The notes under the pieces are model-generated. The model saw nothing but the letters and a program-made list of their open reading frames with translations, searched no databases and was not told the DNA's origin. The position numbers and the translations under genes were made by a program. A stretch of 64,000 nucleotides of DNA from Squalus acanthias (lineage: Eukaryota), in contig CM059431.1 of assembly GCA_030390025.1 (NCBI GenBank), positions 108,130,001-108,194,000 of the forward strand, written 5' to 3'. Position 1 is the first letter of the stretch. The number at the start of each line of letters is the position of its first letter. Positions 25,351 to 36,639 of this stretch are shown piece after piece.

Positions 25351-26417
25351 TCACAAGGGTAGTCACTTGGGTGTTCTGTTCTGTTTCTTTTGTTGTGTTT
25401 AATATTTGCCAGTGTCATCCTTTTGTGTATGTATTAAACAAAAGTGATGGCAAACATTTGAAGTCCTGGCCTATGTGTTCTGGGAAATGGAAGTTGCACA
25501 TTGAGGGCTCAGGGCGACTTGCATTTGTAATGATGGTGGTGAGAGTGATAGGAACCCACAGGTTCTTGTACATTGTGTATGGTGTGTTAAGTAGTTGCCA
25601 GCCACATGTGTTTCATTCCTCTACTTAAGTGAATCTGGCAAAGATTAGTGCATCCCTTGCATCTCGGGCAGCAATGTGCTAGCATGCTGCTGGAGCTGGC
25701 TGATCCGCCACCGCAAGGTCTTCCACCTCCTCCGCCTCCTCCTCTGAGGAGGCTATGTGCTGAGCCACTGTTCCTCAGGCAGCTGCAAGCCACGCTGCTG
25801 TGCGATGTTGTGCAGTGCACAGCAGACCACAACGATTCTGGACACCCTGGCTGCTGAGCACCGCAGGGCTCCACCTGATCTGTCAAGGCATCTGAATCGC
25901 ATTTTGAGCAAGCCGATGGTTTGCTCGATGATGGCTCTGGTGGAAATGTGGCTGGCATTGTAGCGCTCCTCTCCTTCGTTTGATGACCTCCTCAATGGTG
26001 TCATTAGTCACGTCTTCAGGGGATAGCCCTTGTCTCCAAGTAGCCATCTGGAAAGTTGGATTGGCGGATTGAAGAGCGGAGGCACACTAGACTGCCGCAG
26101 GATGATCGAGTGATGGCAACTGCCAGGGTACTTGGCGCAAACATACATAATGTTCTTCCTGTGGTTACACACCAGCTGGACGTTAAGGGAGTGGAAGCCC
26201 TTGCGGTTGACAAATACAGCTGGGTTGTGATGGGGGTGCCCTAATGGCCACATGTGTGTAGTCTACAATGCCTTGCACTCTTGGCAAGCCTGCCAGCTTT
26301 GCAAAGCCAACCGCACGCACTGTTACATAGAAACATAGAAAATAGGTACAGGAGTAGACCATTCGGTCCTTCGAGCCTGCACCGCCATTCAATGCGTTCA
26401 TGGCTGAACATGCTACC

Positions 26418-29250
26418 TCAGTACCCCATTCCTGCTTTCTCGCCATACCCCTTGATCCCCCTAGTTGTGAGTGTTATATCTAACTCCCTTTTGAATATAT
26501 TTAGCGAACTGGCCTCAACAACCTTCTGTGGAAGAGAATTCCATAGATTCACCACTCTCTGGGTGAAGAAGTTCCTCCTCAGCTCAGTCTTAAATGGCTT
26601 CCCCTTAATCCTTAGACTGTGACCCCTGGTTCTAGTTTTCCCTAACATTGGGAACATTCTGCCCGCATCTAATTTGTCTAAACCAGTCAGGATTTTAAAT
26701 GTCTCTATAAGATCCCCCCTCATTCTTCTGAACTCCAGAGGATACAAGTTCAGTTGAGCCAATCTTTCTTGATATGTCAGTCCGGCCATCCCAGGAATCA
26801 ATCTAGTGAACCTTCGCTGCACTCCCTCAATAGCAAGAATGTCCTTCCTTAAGTTAGGAGACCAAAACTGCGCACAATACTCCAGGTGTGGCCTCACCAA
26901 GGCCCTGTACAACTGCAGCATCACCTCCCTACTCCTGTACTCAAATCCCCTTACTATGAAGGCCATCATTCCGTTTGCTTTCTTGACTGCCTGCTGCACT
27001 TGCATTCCCACCTTCAGTGACTGATGTACCATGACGCCCAGGTCTCGTTGCACCTCCCCTTTCCCTAATCTGCCACCATTCAGGTAATAGTCCGCCTCTC
27101 TATTTTTACCACCAAAGTGGATAACCTCACATTTATCCACATTGTACTTCATCTGCCATACATTTGCCCATTCACCCAACCTGTCCAAGTCACTCTGTAG
27201 CCTCCTAGCATCCTCTCATTGTTCACACTGCCTCCCAATTTAGTGTCATCCGCAAATTTGGAGATATTACATTTAATCCCTTCGTCCAAATCATTAATAT
27301 ATAATGTAAACAGCTGGGGTCCCAGCACTGAACCCTGCGGTACCCCGCTGGTCACTGCCTGCCATTCTGAAAAGTACCCATTTACTCCTACTCTTTGTTT
27401 CCTGTGTGCCAACCAGTTCTCAATCCACGTCAACACATTACCCCCAATCCCATGTGCTTTAACTTTGCTCACCAATCTCTTGTGTGGGACCTTGTCGAAG
27501 GCCTTCTGAAAGTCCAAATACACCACATCTACTGGTTCCCCCCTGTCCACCCTATTGGAAACATCCTCAAAAAATTCCAGAAGATTTGTCAAGCATGATT
27601 TCCCTTTCACAAATCCATGCTGACTTGGACCTATCATGTCGCCACTTTCCAAATGGTCTGTTATGACATCTTTAATAATTGCTTCCATCATTTTACCCAC
27701 GACCGATGTCAGGCTGACCGGTCTATAATTCCCTGCTTTCTCCCTCCCTCCTTTTTTAAAAAGAGGGGTTACATTGGCCACCCTCCACTCCATCGGAACT
27801 GATCCAGATTCTAAGGAATGTTGGAAAATGATCGTCAATGCATCCACTATTTCCAAGGCCATCTCCTTAAGTACTCTGGGATGCAGACCATCAGGCCCCA
27901 GGGATTTTTCAGCCTTCAGTCCCATCAATTTCCCCAATACCTTTTCCCGACTAATAAGGATTTCCCTCAGCTCCTCCCTCTTACCAGATCCTCTGACTCC
28001 TTTTATTTCCGGCAGGTTGTGTGTGTCCTCCACAGTAAACACCGAACCAAAGTACTTGTTCAATTGATCTGCCATTTCCTTGTTCCCCATTACGACTTCC
28101 CCTGTTTCCGACTGCAGGGGACCTACGTTAGTTTTTATTAACCCCTTTCTCTTTACATATTTATAGAAGCTTTTGCAGTCCATTTTAATGTTCCGGGCAA
28201 GCTTCCTTTCATATTTTATTTTCCCTGCCCTAATCAAACCCTTCGTCCTCCTCTGCTGAGTTTTGAAGTTCTCCCAGTCCCCGGGTTTGCTGCTACTTCT
28301 GGCCAATTTGTATGCAACTTCCTTGGTTTTAATACTATCCCTGATTTCCCTTGTTAGCCATGGTTTAGCCACCTTCCCTTTTTTATTTTTACGCCAGACC
28401 AGGATGTACAATTGTTGTAGTTCATCCATGCGATCTCTAAATGTCTGCCATTGCCCTTCCACTGATAGCCCCTTAAATATCGCTTGCCAATTTAACCTCG
28501 CCAATTCACGCCTCATACCCTCAAAGTTGCCCTTATTTAAGTTCTGGACCATGGTCTCTGACTTAACTGTTTCCTTCTCCATCCTAATGTAGAACTCCAC
28601 CATACTATGGTCACTCTTCCCCAGGGGGCCTCGTACCACAAGATTGCTGATTAGTCCTTCCTCATTACACAACACCCAGTCCAGGATGGCCTCCCCTCGA
28701 GTTGGTTCCTCAACATATTGGTTTAGGAAACCATCCCTTAAACACTCCAGGAAATCCTCCTCCACCGTATTGCTTCCAGTTTGAGTAGCCCAATCTATAT
28801 GCATATTAAAGTCACCCATGATAACTGCCGTGCCTTTTTTGCACGCACCTCTGATTTCCTGTTTCATACCCTCCCCCACCTCACTACTGCTGTTTGGAGG
28901 TCTGTACACAACTCCCACTAACGTTTTCTGCCCTTTGGTGTTCTGCAGCTCAACCCATATTGATTCCACATCCTCCAAGCTGATGTCCTTCCTAGCTATT
29001 GCATTAATCTCCTCTTTAACCAGCAATGCTACCCCTCCCCCTTTTCCTTTTATTCTATCCTTTCTGAATGTTGAATACCCCTGGATGTTCAGTTCCCAGC
29101 CTTGATTGTTCTGGAGCCACGTCTCTGTAATCCCAATCACATCGTATCCGTTAACATCTATTTGCACAGTCATTTCATCCACCTTATTACGGATACTCCT
29201 TGCATTAAGACACAGAGTCTTTAGGCTTGTTTTATTAACATCCTTTGTCC
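26418..29250 (-). pseudogene. CR1 ORF2: APE endonuclease plus reverse transcriptase (one frameshift near 27220)
   Basis: ORFs 27149-29182 and 26418-27188: [69 protein letters not shown]. Confidence 0.95.
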
Positions 29251-29399
29251 TTTTAGACTTTGATTTAGTATGGCCCTTTGTGTTTCTTGCCTTTGTTTAC
29301 TCGGCCTTCCCCTATTGTTTCTCACCCTTCTAACATTTGTTTCTGACTGCATATTACTTCCCCCTGTTTCGCTACATAGGTTCCCATTCCCATGCCATA

Positions 29400-30344
29400 T
29401 TAGTTTAAATCCTCCCGAACTGCTTTAGCAAATATTACCCCGAGGACATCGGTTCCAGTCCTGCCCAAGTGCAGACCGTCCCTTTTGTACAGGTCCCACT
29501 TCCCCCAGAACTGGTTCCAATGCCTCAGGAATTTGAATCCCTCCCTCCTGCACCACTGCTCAAGCCACGTATTCAATCTCACTATCCTGTTCTCTCTATT
29601 CTGATTAGCACGTGGCCCTGGTAGCAATCCAGAGATTACTACCTTAGAGGTCCTACTTTTTAATTTAGCTCCTAGCTCCCTAAATTCTGCTTATAGGACC
29701 TCTTCCCGCTTTTTACCTATATCGTTGGTACCTACATGCACCAGGACAGCTGGCTGTTCACCCTCCCTCTTCAGAATGTTCTGCAGCCGCTCCGAGACAT
29801 CCTTGACCCTTGCACCAGGGAGGCAACATACCATCCTGGAATCTCGGTTGCGGCCACAGAAACTCCTGTCTATTCCCCTTACAATTGAGTCCCCTATCAC
29901 TATAGCCCTACCACTCTTTTTCCCGCCCTGCTGTGCAGCAGAGCCAGCCATGGTGCCATGAACCTGGCTGCTGGTGCCTTCCCCTGGTAGGCCATCTCCC
30001 CCAACAGTATCCAAAGCGGCATACCTGTTTTGGAGGGAGATGACCACAGCGGACTCCTGCACTACCTTCCTGATATTGCCCTGCTTCTTGGTCACCCATT
30101 CACTGTCTGTCCTAGCCTTTACCTGCGGTGTGGACAACTCACTAAATGAGCGATTCACCGAGTTCTCGGCATCGTGCATGCTCCAGAGTGAGTCCACCCG
30201 CAGCTCCAGCACCGCCATGCGGGCTGTCAGGAGCTGCAGCTGGACACACTTCCCGCACACGTAGTTGTCAGGGACACTGGAAGTGTCCCTGGTTTCCCAC
30301 ATGGCACAGGAGGAGCATGAAACGGGTCCGAGACTTCCTGTCAT
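29400..30344 (-). pseudogene. CR1 ORF1: zinc finger, leucine zipper and SGNH/GDSL esterase domain (one premature stop at 29691-29693)
   Basis: CSSC...CGKC, heptad leucines, IVIGDSIVR, CLPGARV, VHVGTND, DGLHL; ORFs 29691-30344 and 29400-29627 share a frame. Confidence 0.92.
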
Positions 30345-31814
30345 GACTTAACCCTTATGTTACTTTATTGCTAAAATTTAAACTTATTTATCTTAGGTCC
30401 AGGAGTTAAGTCCCTGAAAACAAAATATAAAATCGAACCTACCTTTTAAATTCCCTCTACCCCTAAAGGTTAGAGGAGGTGGGAGGGTGGGAGTCACTAC
30501 TAGTGTAGTGTCTCGGGTTTAGCAACCGCTCCACCTATATACGGGTACCAATGAATTGGCCCCGCCCCCTGCCTTTGAAAAAGCCCGCGAAGCTCTTTCC
30601 CCGCTGGGGAAAAAGGCCACGTAGGTGAGTTTAATGACTCACCTCAGGCCTCCGCCGCTCCAACCAGGTCCGCTCCTCCTTCCCCGCTGCCGACCGCTCT
30701 GTGGGAGAGAGAAAGAAAGGCTCCTCCTCCCCCGCTGTCGACGCTGGTTACACTTGTTTCATCCGAGGAGAAGTGGATGTAATTGTGCGCCTTTGCAAAG
30801 AGGGCATCGATAACATGCGTGATGCAAGTGTGGGCGGCTGACAGGGAGATGCCGCTGATGTCTGCTGATGATCCCTGGAAGGACCCTGAAGCAAATATAC
30901 TTGAGGGCGGTGGTGACTTTGACAGCCACTGGTAAGTCCACCCACTCCTCTGGGCTCCAGGTGTTGCTGCAGCATTGCGCAGATGTCTGCGACTACCTCT
31001 CGCGAAAGTCTCAGCCTCCTTTGGCACTGCTGCTCAGTCATGTTGAGGAAGATCATTCTCAGCCTGTAAACCCTGTGTTGGGGGTATCTCCTGCGGTGAG
31101 GTGCAGGCCTGCGCTGATGCCCTCTGCAGCATCAGGTGGGTGAGGAGGAGGTTGGCGCTCCTGTTGTTGCTGCTGCTGTTGTGCCTGGTTCTGCTGCTGC
31201 CGCGGCTGCTCTTTCTCCGAATCTGAGGACCAGGATGAGAGGGTATAAATGGTTCCCATGCTGCTGGTAGATATGTCAGTTGAGGACTAGAAGTTATACG
31301 CGCTCAGTCAATGTAGGGAGAGGTTTTCCCAGGCGGTCATAGTGGAGCTGGATCTCAGCTTCACCACTTACAAGCTCAGTAGACCTGCAAAAATTGTTCC
31401 AACTTGAAAAAACAGAGTTCTGTCATCTGTCAATTAGCCATGTTAGAGCTCCGTTTTTATGCTGGAGCTGGAGATGTCAAGAAGTCATTCACTTGCTGAA
31501 CCCAGCACAATCAGCTGCTGTGGTTTGAGAATGGCGTGGAACACGCTGAAAATTTGCTAACATTGAAATACCCTGTTAAAATAGGCTTATCTAGGCAGTT
31601 AACAAGCTGTTAACTGCCTTAAGGGCCTCTCCCGCTGCTTGGGACTCTCAGGGCCGGCATTTGGCAAAGTGGCATGGAGGCGGGTTGACCGCGGGATCGC
31701 AACCTGCCGTCAATCAAAAAGATTTTAACCTTGGACCCGCCTCCAAACCCACCCTCTCAGTGCCGATAAAATCGCAGCCTAAAAGTTCAATTCCTCAGAA
31801 ACATGCTCTCCTGG

Positions 31815-31882
31815 CTGTCGAGCGCTTTGGGACATCCTGAGGTCGTGCAAAGCGTAATATAATTGCAAGTTCTTTCTTTCTT
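31815..31882 (+). mobile_element. DeuSINE/L2-type 3' tail
   Basis: agcgctttgggacatcctgaggtcgtgcaaagcg...ttgcaagttctttctttc. Confidence 0.65.
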
Positions 31883-32888
31883 TTCCTGTGTCTTCTTCAG
31901 TTTGCTATTATTCACTTTCTACTGAGCAAGAACTCATCTCATGTGCACCAGCATATTTTTGCTTATTGTAGTGATAAATATAAATAATTTCAATCAACAG
32001 CCAGTTATGTGATTTAACTCACTGCTGGCAATAGGTTGAGACCGAAAATAGGGTATTAAAGGATTGGTAGTAAATGACCACTGCAGTAAGACTGTATAAA
32101 GTGCTTTTTATGCTCAAGTGTCTGAGTGCATGGCCATAGGTTTTAATGGATAGAATATAACCTTGATTGGTAGGTTGTCAAAAAGGCACTATATGTCTTC
32201 AAGAAATACTTTCAGCGCGCTACAGAATAAATAGAACCCTCAAACCAATTGGATTTTCAATACATACCTGGTAATTTTATTTGGCTGTGTTAGGGTTTTC
32301 TTAATAATGTTTCTATATCTTAAATTGCCTTTGCATACACAACAGATTTATTCTTGCAATGTTATTCTTCATAGCTGATGAACGATGTTAATTTTCTTGG
32401 CCATCCGAGACATAAATTAGTCAGACTACTATCTGTGCTGCCTTGGAAACTCGGTTTGTGATGATGAATTGTGCCATCAATCTCAGATCAGCGAGAGAAA
32501 AAACAAAATAGGGTGCTGAGAAAAAGTAGTGAAAATTAAGAGTGGGATTTAGCAAATGTCCCTGTTTGAATAGGAAGCATTGGCATTATTTGTTTTGAGA
32601 ATACAGCTCTCTTGATTATGGTCATGAAACTGAAAATGAATATGAATAGTCATACATTTTGTGATGCAAAATGTTTGTAAACATAGCTAAAATAATTTAT
32701 AAATAAATTATTCTTGAATAAACTAAATTATTTACAATTCTTAGATATACTGATATTTCATGTTGGCATCTTAGAAAATGATAAATAAGAAAACCTACAA
32801 ATATTTACCAGAACTGCAAGGATCTTTAGTCTTCTTGATCCTTAGTTCTTGCTTTCCGATGTATTGTTTATTTTTACCTCGGTAACAG

Positions 32889-33620
32889 AGGGGGAAAAAT
32901 TCATTAGCGACCATTTTGGGTCGCTAACATCGCCTGGGTGCTAAATTTAGTGCCCGGCGAAAAATAGCGCCGGCGATCGGTAAATTCAGTTTTAGCGCTC
33001 CAAGAGGGAGGTGGAGCGCTCCACTTCCTTCTTAGAGCGCTAGCCCCGAATATCAGGGCATTGCGTTCTGCAGCACTACGCACTGGGCCACGTAGCGCTG
33101 CCGCATGGAAGGGCTCCTCCCCTCATTAAAGGGAAGGGCAAAAGCCCACAACTCTGCGGGGCCCTACCTGGACCACCGGGGAGCGGGGTGCCGTGCCAGC
33201 AGCCCAGTGCCGGGCTGCCAGATCGCGGCATGAACCCCGCGTTGAAAGACGCAACGGGCCGTGACAAGTAAGTCAGCTGATTTTTTTTCCCCCCCACCGC
33301 CCGCCACCTCCCCTTGAGTTAGCGCCCCGCGAGCCTCCTGCCGCTCCGTTCCTGCCCCTTGAATCGGTCGCTGTCATTACCCGGAGCAGATTCAGGGACC
33401 GCGGGCCAATTTTGCAGGCGGGGCAAAAACAGGGCGCTGCGCACAATGATGACGTCGTCATCGCCTGCACAGCGGAGCAGGGTGCTACCGGTTACCGCCG
33501 CCACTAAACTGCCGCTGAATTTAGCAGGAGTCGTTAGCGGCACTGTGCCCGGGCAAAAAGTAGTTTGCGCCCTGTTAGCGCCCCCCCGGAGGCACACACG
33601 GAGGCGCAAGTGCACTGAAC
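32889..33620. mobile_element. GC-rich MITE-like element, probably Harbinger; right end eroded
   Basis: GGGGGAAAAATTCA start, many tagcgcc/ggcgct subterminal repeats, CpG-rich in AT-rich flanks; related to 10011. Confidence 0.6.
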
Positions 33621-34575
33621 AAAGTGTGTTACAATGTTTTCTATATGATAAAATTCTTATCCTTAGTGTGTAGCCGAATTTACTCTCACTGTGTACTATA
33701 GAATCATAGAATCATAGAATGATACAGCACAGAAGGAAGCCATATGGCCCATCGTGTCTGTGCTGGCTCTTTCAAAGAGCTATCCAATTAGCCTCACTCC
33801 GCTGCTCTTTCCCATTGGCCATATAAATTTTCCCTTTAAACTATTTATTCAATTCCCTTTTGAAAGTTACAATTGAATCTGCTTCCACCACCCTTTTGGG
33901 CAGTGCATTCAAGATCACAACAACTCACTGCATAAAAACAAATTCTCATCTCTGGATCTTTTTGCCAATTACTTTAAATTTGTGCCCTTTGGTTATCACC
34001 CCTCCTGCCACTGGAAACAGTTTCTCCTTATTTACTCTTCTTGATTTTGAATGTCGCTATTAAATCTCCCTTTAACCTTCTCTGCTCTAAGGAGATCAAT
34101 CCCAGTTTCTCTAGTCTCTCCACATAACTGAAGTCGCTCATTCCTGGTACCATTCTAGTAAATCTCTGCACACACTCCAAGGCCTTGACATCCTTCTTAA
34201 AGCATGGTGCCCAAAATTGGACACAATACTCCAAACTGGGGCCTGAACAGTCTGTCTAAGGGTTTAGCATAACATCCTTGCTTTTGTACCCTATGCCTCT
34301 ATTTATAAGGTCAAGGATCCCATATGCTTCTTTAACAGCCTTCTCAACTTGTCTTGTCACCTTCAAAGATTTCTTTATGCAAACCTCCAGATCACTCTAT
34401 CCCTGCATTCCCTTTAAAATTGCTCCATTTAGTTCATATTGTATCTCCTCATTCTTCCTTCCAAAATGCATCACTTCACAGTTCTCTGCGTTAAATTTTA
34501 CCTGCCATGTGTCTGCCCATTTCACTGGTCTATGTCCTCCTAAAGTCTGTAACTATCCTTCTCATTGTTTACATT

Positions 34576-36052
34576 GGGCCGGATTTTCCGACCCCCATGG
34601 GTGCGTACGAGGTGCGTATGCGCCCATAGGGGCTGCGCAAGTGCCGGTCTCAGGCACGCGAAGCGCATACGCTGAAACCCGGCAGTTGTGATCTGTCAAG
34701 AATTCTCTTGACGGATTTTCCGCCTGCCCAAGAAAAGGGCCTCTGCCGGTGGAGAGTTGCGCTAATTGCCCAACTTCCGCCTGCTGAAAGGCCGTGGAAT
34801 TCTTACGCCTGGTAAAAGCAGCGTAAGGCCTGCTTTTACCAGCTTAAGAGTGTTGAAAAATAGAAAAATTAAATTTGATAACTCATTTATAAATTTAAAA
34901 TACTCTTCAAAAAGGTAAGTTTATTTTTAGCCCCGTAAAAACAATGGCCCAGATATTCCGATCGCAAGCCTCCCGCGGGCGGAGGGCTGTGATCTGGAAA
35001 AATCTGCGCCTTTACCCGAGGGCTCCCGGGAGGCGCACAGTTCCACTCCTGGGCCTCTCCAAACTGGAAGTGCGCAGGGCCCACGTATCCCAGAGGCGCA
35101 GGTAGTTCACAGCATCCCTGGGATCACGTGGGCCATGGGGAGCCAATCAAAGAAGGGAATCTCCCTTCATACACTTGACTGATAGACCCGTCAAATATAT
35201 GAATGGAGATCACCCCCAAAACATAGTAAAACTTCAAATAATTTTTTTTATTTTTTTTAAATCACATTTTTAAAATGACTTGAAATTACATAAATTAACT
35301 ATTTTTAAAAAAATTTAAATTTTTGAAAAAAATAATTAAAGTTTTTAACGGGGCTAAAAATAAACTTACCTTTCTTTTTTTTTTACTTTTTTTCAACTCT
35401 TATCCTGGTAAAAGTAGGCCTTATGCCTGCTTTTACCAGGCGCAAGAATTGTAAGTGTTTTCTGCGGGCGGAGGGTCTCCAAAAAGCGGAACTATCCGCC
35501 CACAGAGGCCCTTCTCCCGGGCAGCCGGAGGATCTGTCAAGAGCATTCTTGACAGATCGGAAATGCCGGTTTCCAGTGCATGCGCAGTGCATGCCTGAAA
35601 CCGGCATTTCCAATGTCCCTACGGGTGGGTACACAGCGCATACACACCCGTAGGGATCGGAATATCCGGCCCAATATTAAATTTTCCCCCCCAAAATATT
35701 AAAGAATTTTTAAATATTTAATTAAATGGAATTTTAATTATGTAATTTTTTTTTAAATTTATTTAATGTTTTAGTGTGTTTTTAAATGTGATCCCCATTC
35801 ATACTTTTGACAGTTCTGTCCCTACAGACCTGTTAAAAGTATGAATGGGGATGCCCTTCTTTGATTGGTTCCCCATGACCCACGCAAACCGCCTGCACCC
35901 CTGGGATACGCGGGCCTCTGCTCATTTCCAACAGGAGAGGCCCAAGATCGCAAGCCTCGGGATCTACGGAACCAACAGGTAGGTTCGTAGAATTGTTTTC
36001 CCCGATCAGAGGCATCCGCCCGCAGGAAGCCTCCAATCGGAAATTCAGGGCC
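34576..36052. mobile_element. Harbinger-type MITE (outer copy)
   Basis: Ends GGGCCGGATTTTCCGA and TCGGAAATTCAGGGCC; interrupts the CR1; flanks ATT/TAT (imperfect TSD). Confidence 0.8.
34946..35672. mobile_element. Harbinger-type MITE (inner copy, same family, opposite orientation)
   Basis: TIR GGCCCAGATATTCCGATC versus reverse complement GGGCCGGATATTCCGATC; AAT duplicated at 34943-34945 and 35673-35675. Confidence 0.85.
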
Positions 36053-36283
36053 TATATTTCAGAGTTTCGGGTCATCTGCAAACTTTGAAATTCTGCCCTG
36101 TAATACCCAAGTCCAGGTCATTAATATAAATCAAGAAGAGCAGTGGTTCGAAGAGCAACCCCTGGAAGACACCACTGTACATTTCCGATAGCAAAATACT
36201 GCGGATGCTGGAAATCCGAAATAACAACAGGAAACACTGGAAAAACTCAGCAGGCCAGGCAGCATCCGTGGAGAGAGAAACAG

Positions 36284-36320
36284 AGTTAACGTTTCAGGTT
36301 GAAGACCTTTCGTCAGAACT
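36284..36320 (-). ncRNA. Minimal type-I hammerhead ribozyme motif (family 1) in the 3' pLTR
   Basis: Reverse complement AGTT-CTGACGA-A-AGGT(CTTCA)ACCT-GAA-ACGT-T-AACT. Confidence 0.78.
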
Positions 36321-36639
36321 GGAAAAAAGCAGGAAATGAAATAGATTTTAAAGCAAGTTTAGGGCTGGGAAAAGGGGGAGGGGATGAAAGAACAAAAGGG
36401 AAGGTCAGTGATAGGATAGAAAACAGGAGAGATTAAGAGACATTGAGAGACATTAAGAGATATTCAAGGCAAGAGGAGGTGGAAATGGGACAGGTTGAGG
36501 AGCAAAGGATGGCTCTAGATGAAGTGTGAATTGCGCTGGCAGAATGAAAGACAGCTGCCATGTGGGAGGGAAGAAAAAAAGGCCAAACAAAAGTGTGGAT
36601 AAAAAAAAAATATATATATATATGTGATCAGGGCCGGGG

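Larger units (their letters stand above)
26328..30746 (-). mobile_element. Full-length CR1 LINE (about 4.4 kb)
   Basis: 5' UTR, ORF1, ORF2, 3' stem region and (ttctatgt)n-type tail; GTTACA duplicated at 26322-26327 and 30747-30752; removing the element restores transposase [14 protein letters not shown]. Confidence 0.95.
25640..31259 (-). pseudogene. Harbinger (HARBI1-like) DDE transposase, frameshifted and split by CR1
   Basis: [43 protein letters not shown]...[81 protein letters not shown]; coding pieces at about 30747-31259 and 25640-26327. Confidence 0.93.
23110..31779. mobile_element. Two-gene PIF/Harbinger DNA transposon, interrupted by a CR1 insertion
   Basis: TIRs GGCCGCGATTTTATC (23110-23124) and GATAAAATCGCAGCC (31765-31779), 14/15 match; TAA at 23107-23109 and 31780-31782; convergent Myb/SANT and DDE genes. 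Confidence 0.95.

Noticed and set aside
27219..30264. Numerous plus-strand ORFs of 60-110 aa
   Set aside because: Antisense shadows of CR1 ORF1/ORF2; the same applies to most short ORFs over other LINE copies
23386..31259. Domesticated host genes HARBI1 or NAIF1/MSANTD
   Set aside because: Enclosed by TIRs and a TSD, disrupted by stops, frameshifts and a CR1, with related copies in the window; a transposon, so no gene symbol given
32889..33620. CpG-island promoter
   Set aside because: Starts with a TIR-like end and carries subterminal repeats shared with 10011-10200; better explained as a transposon
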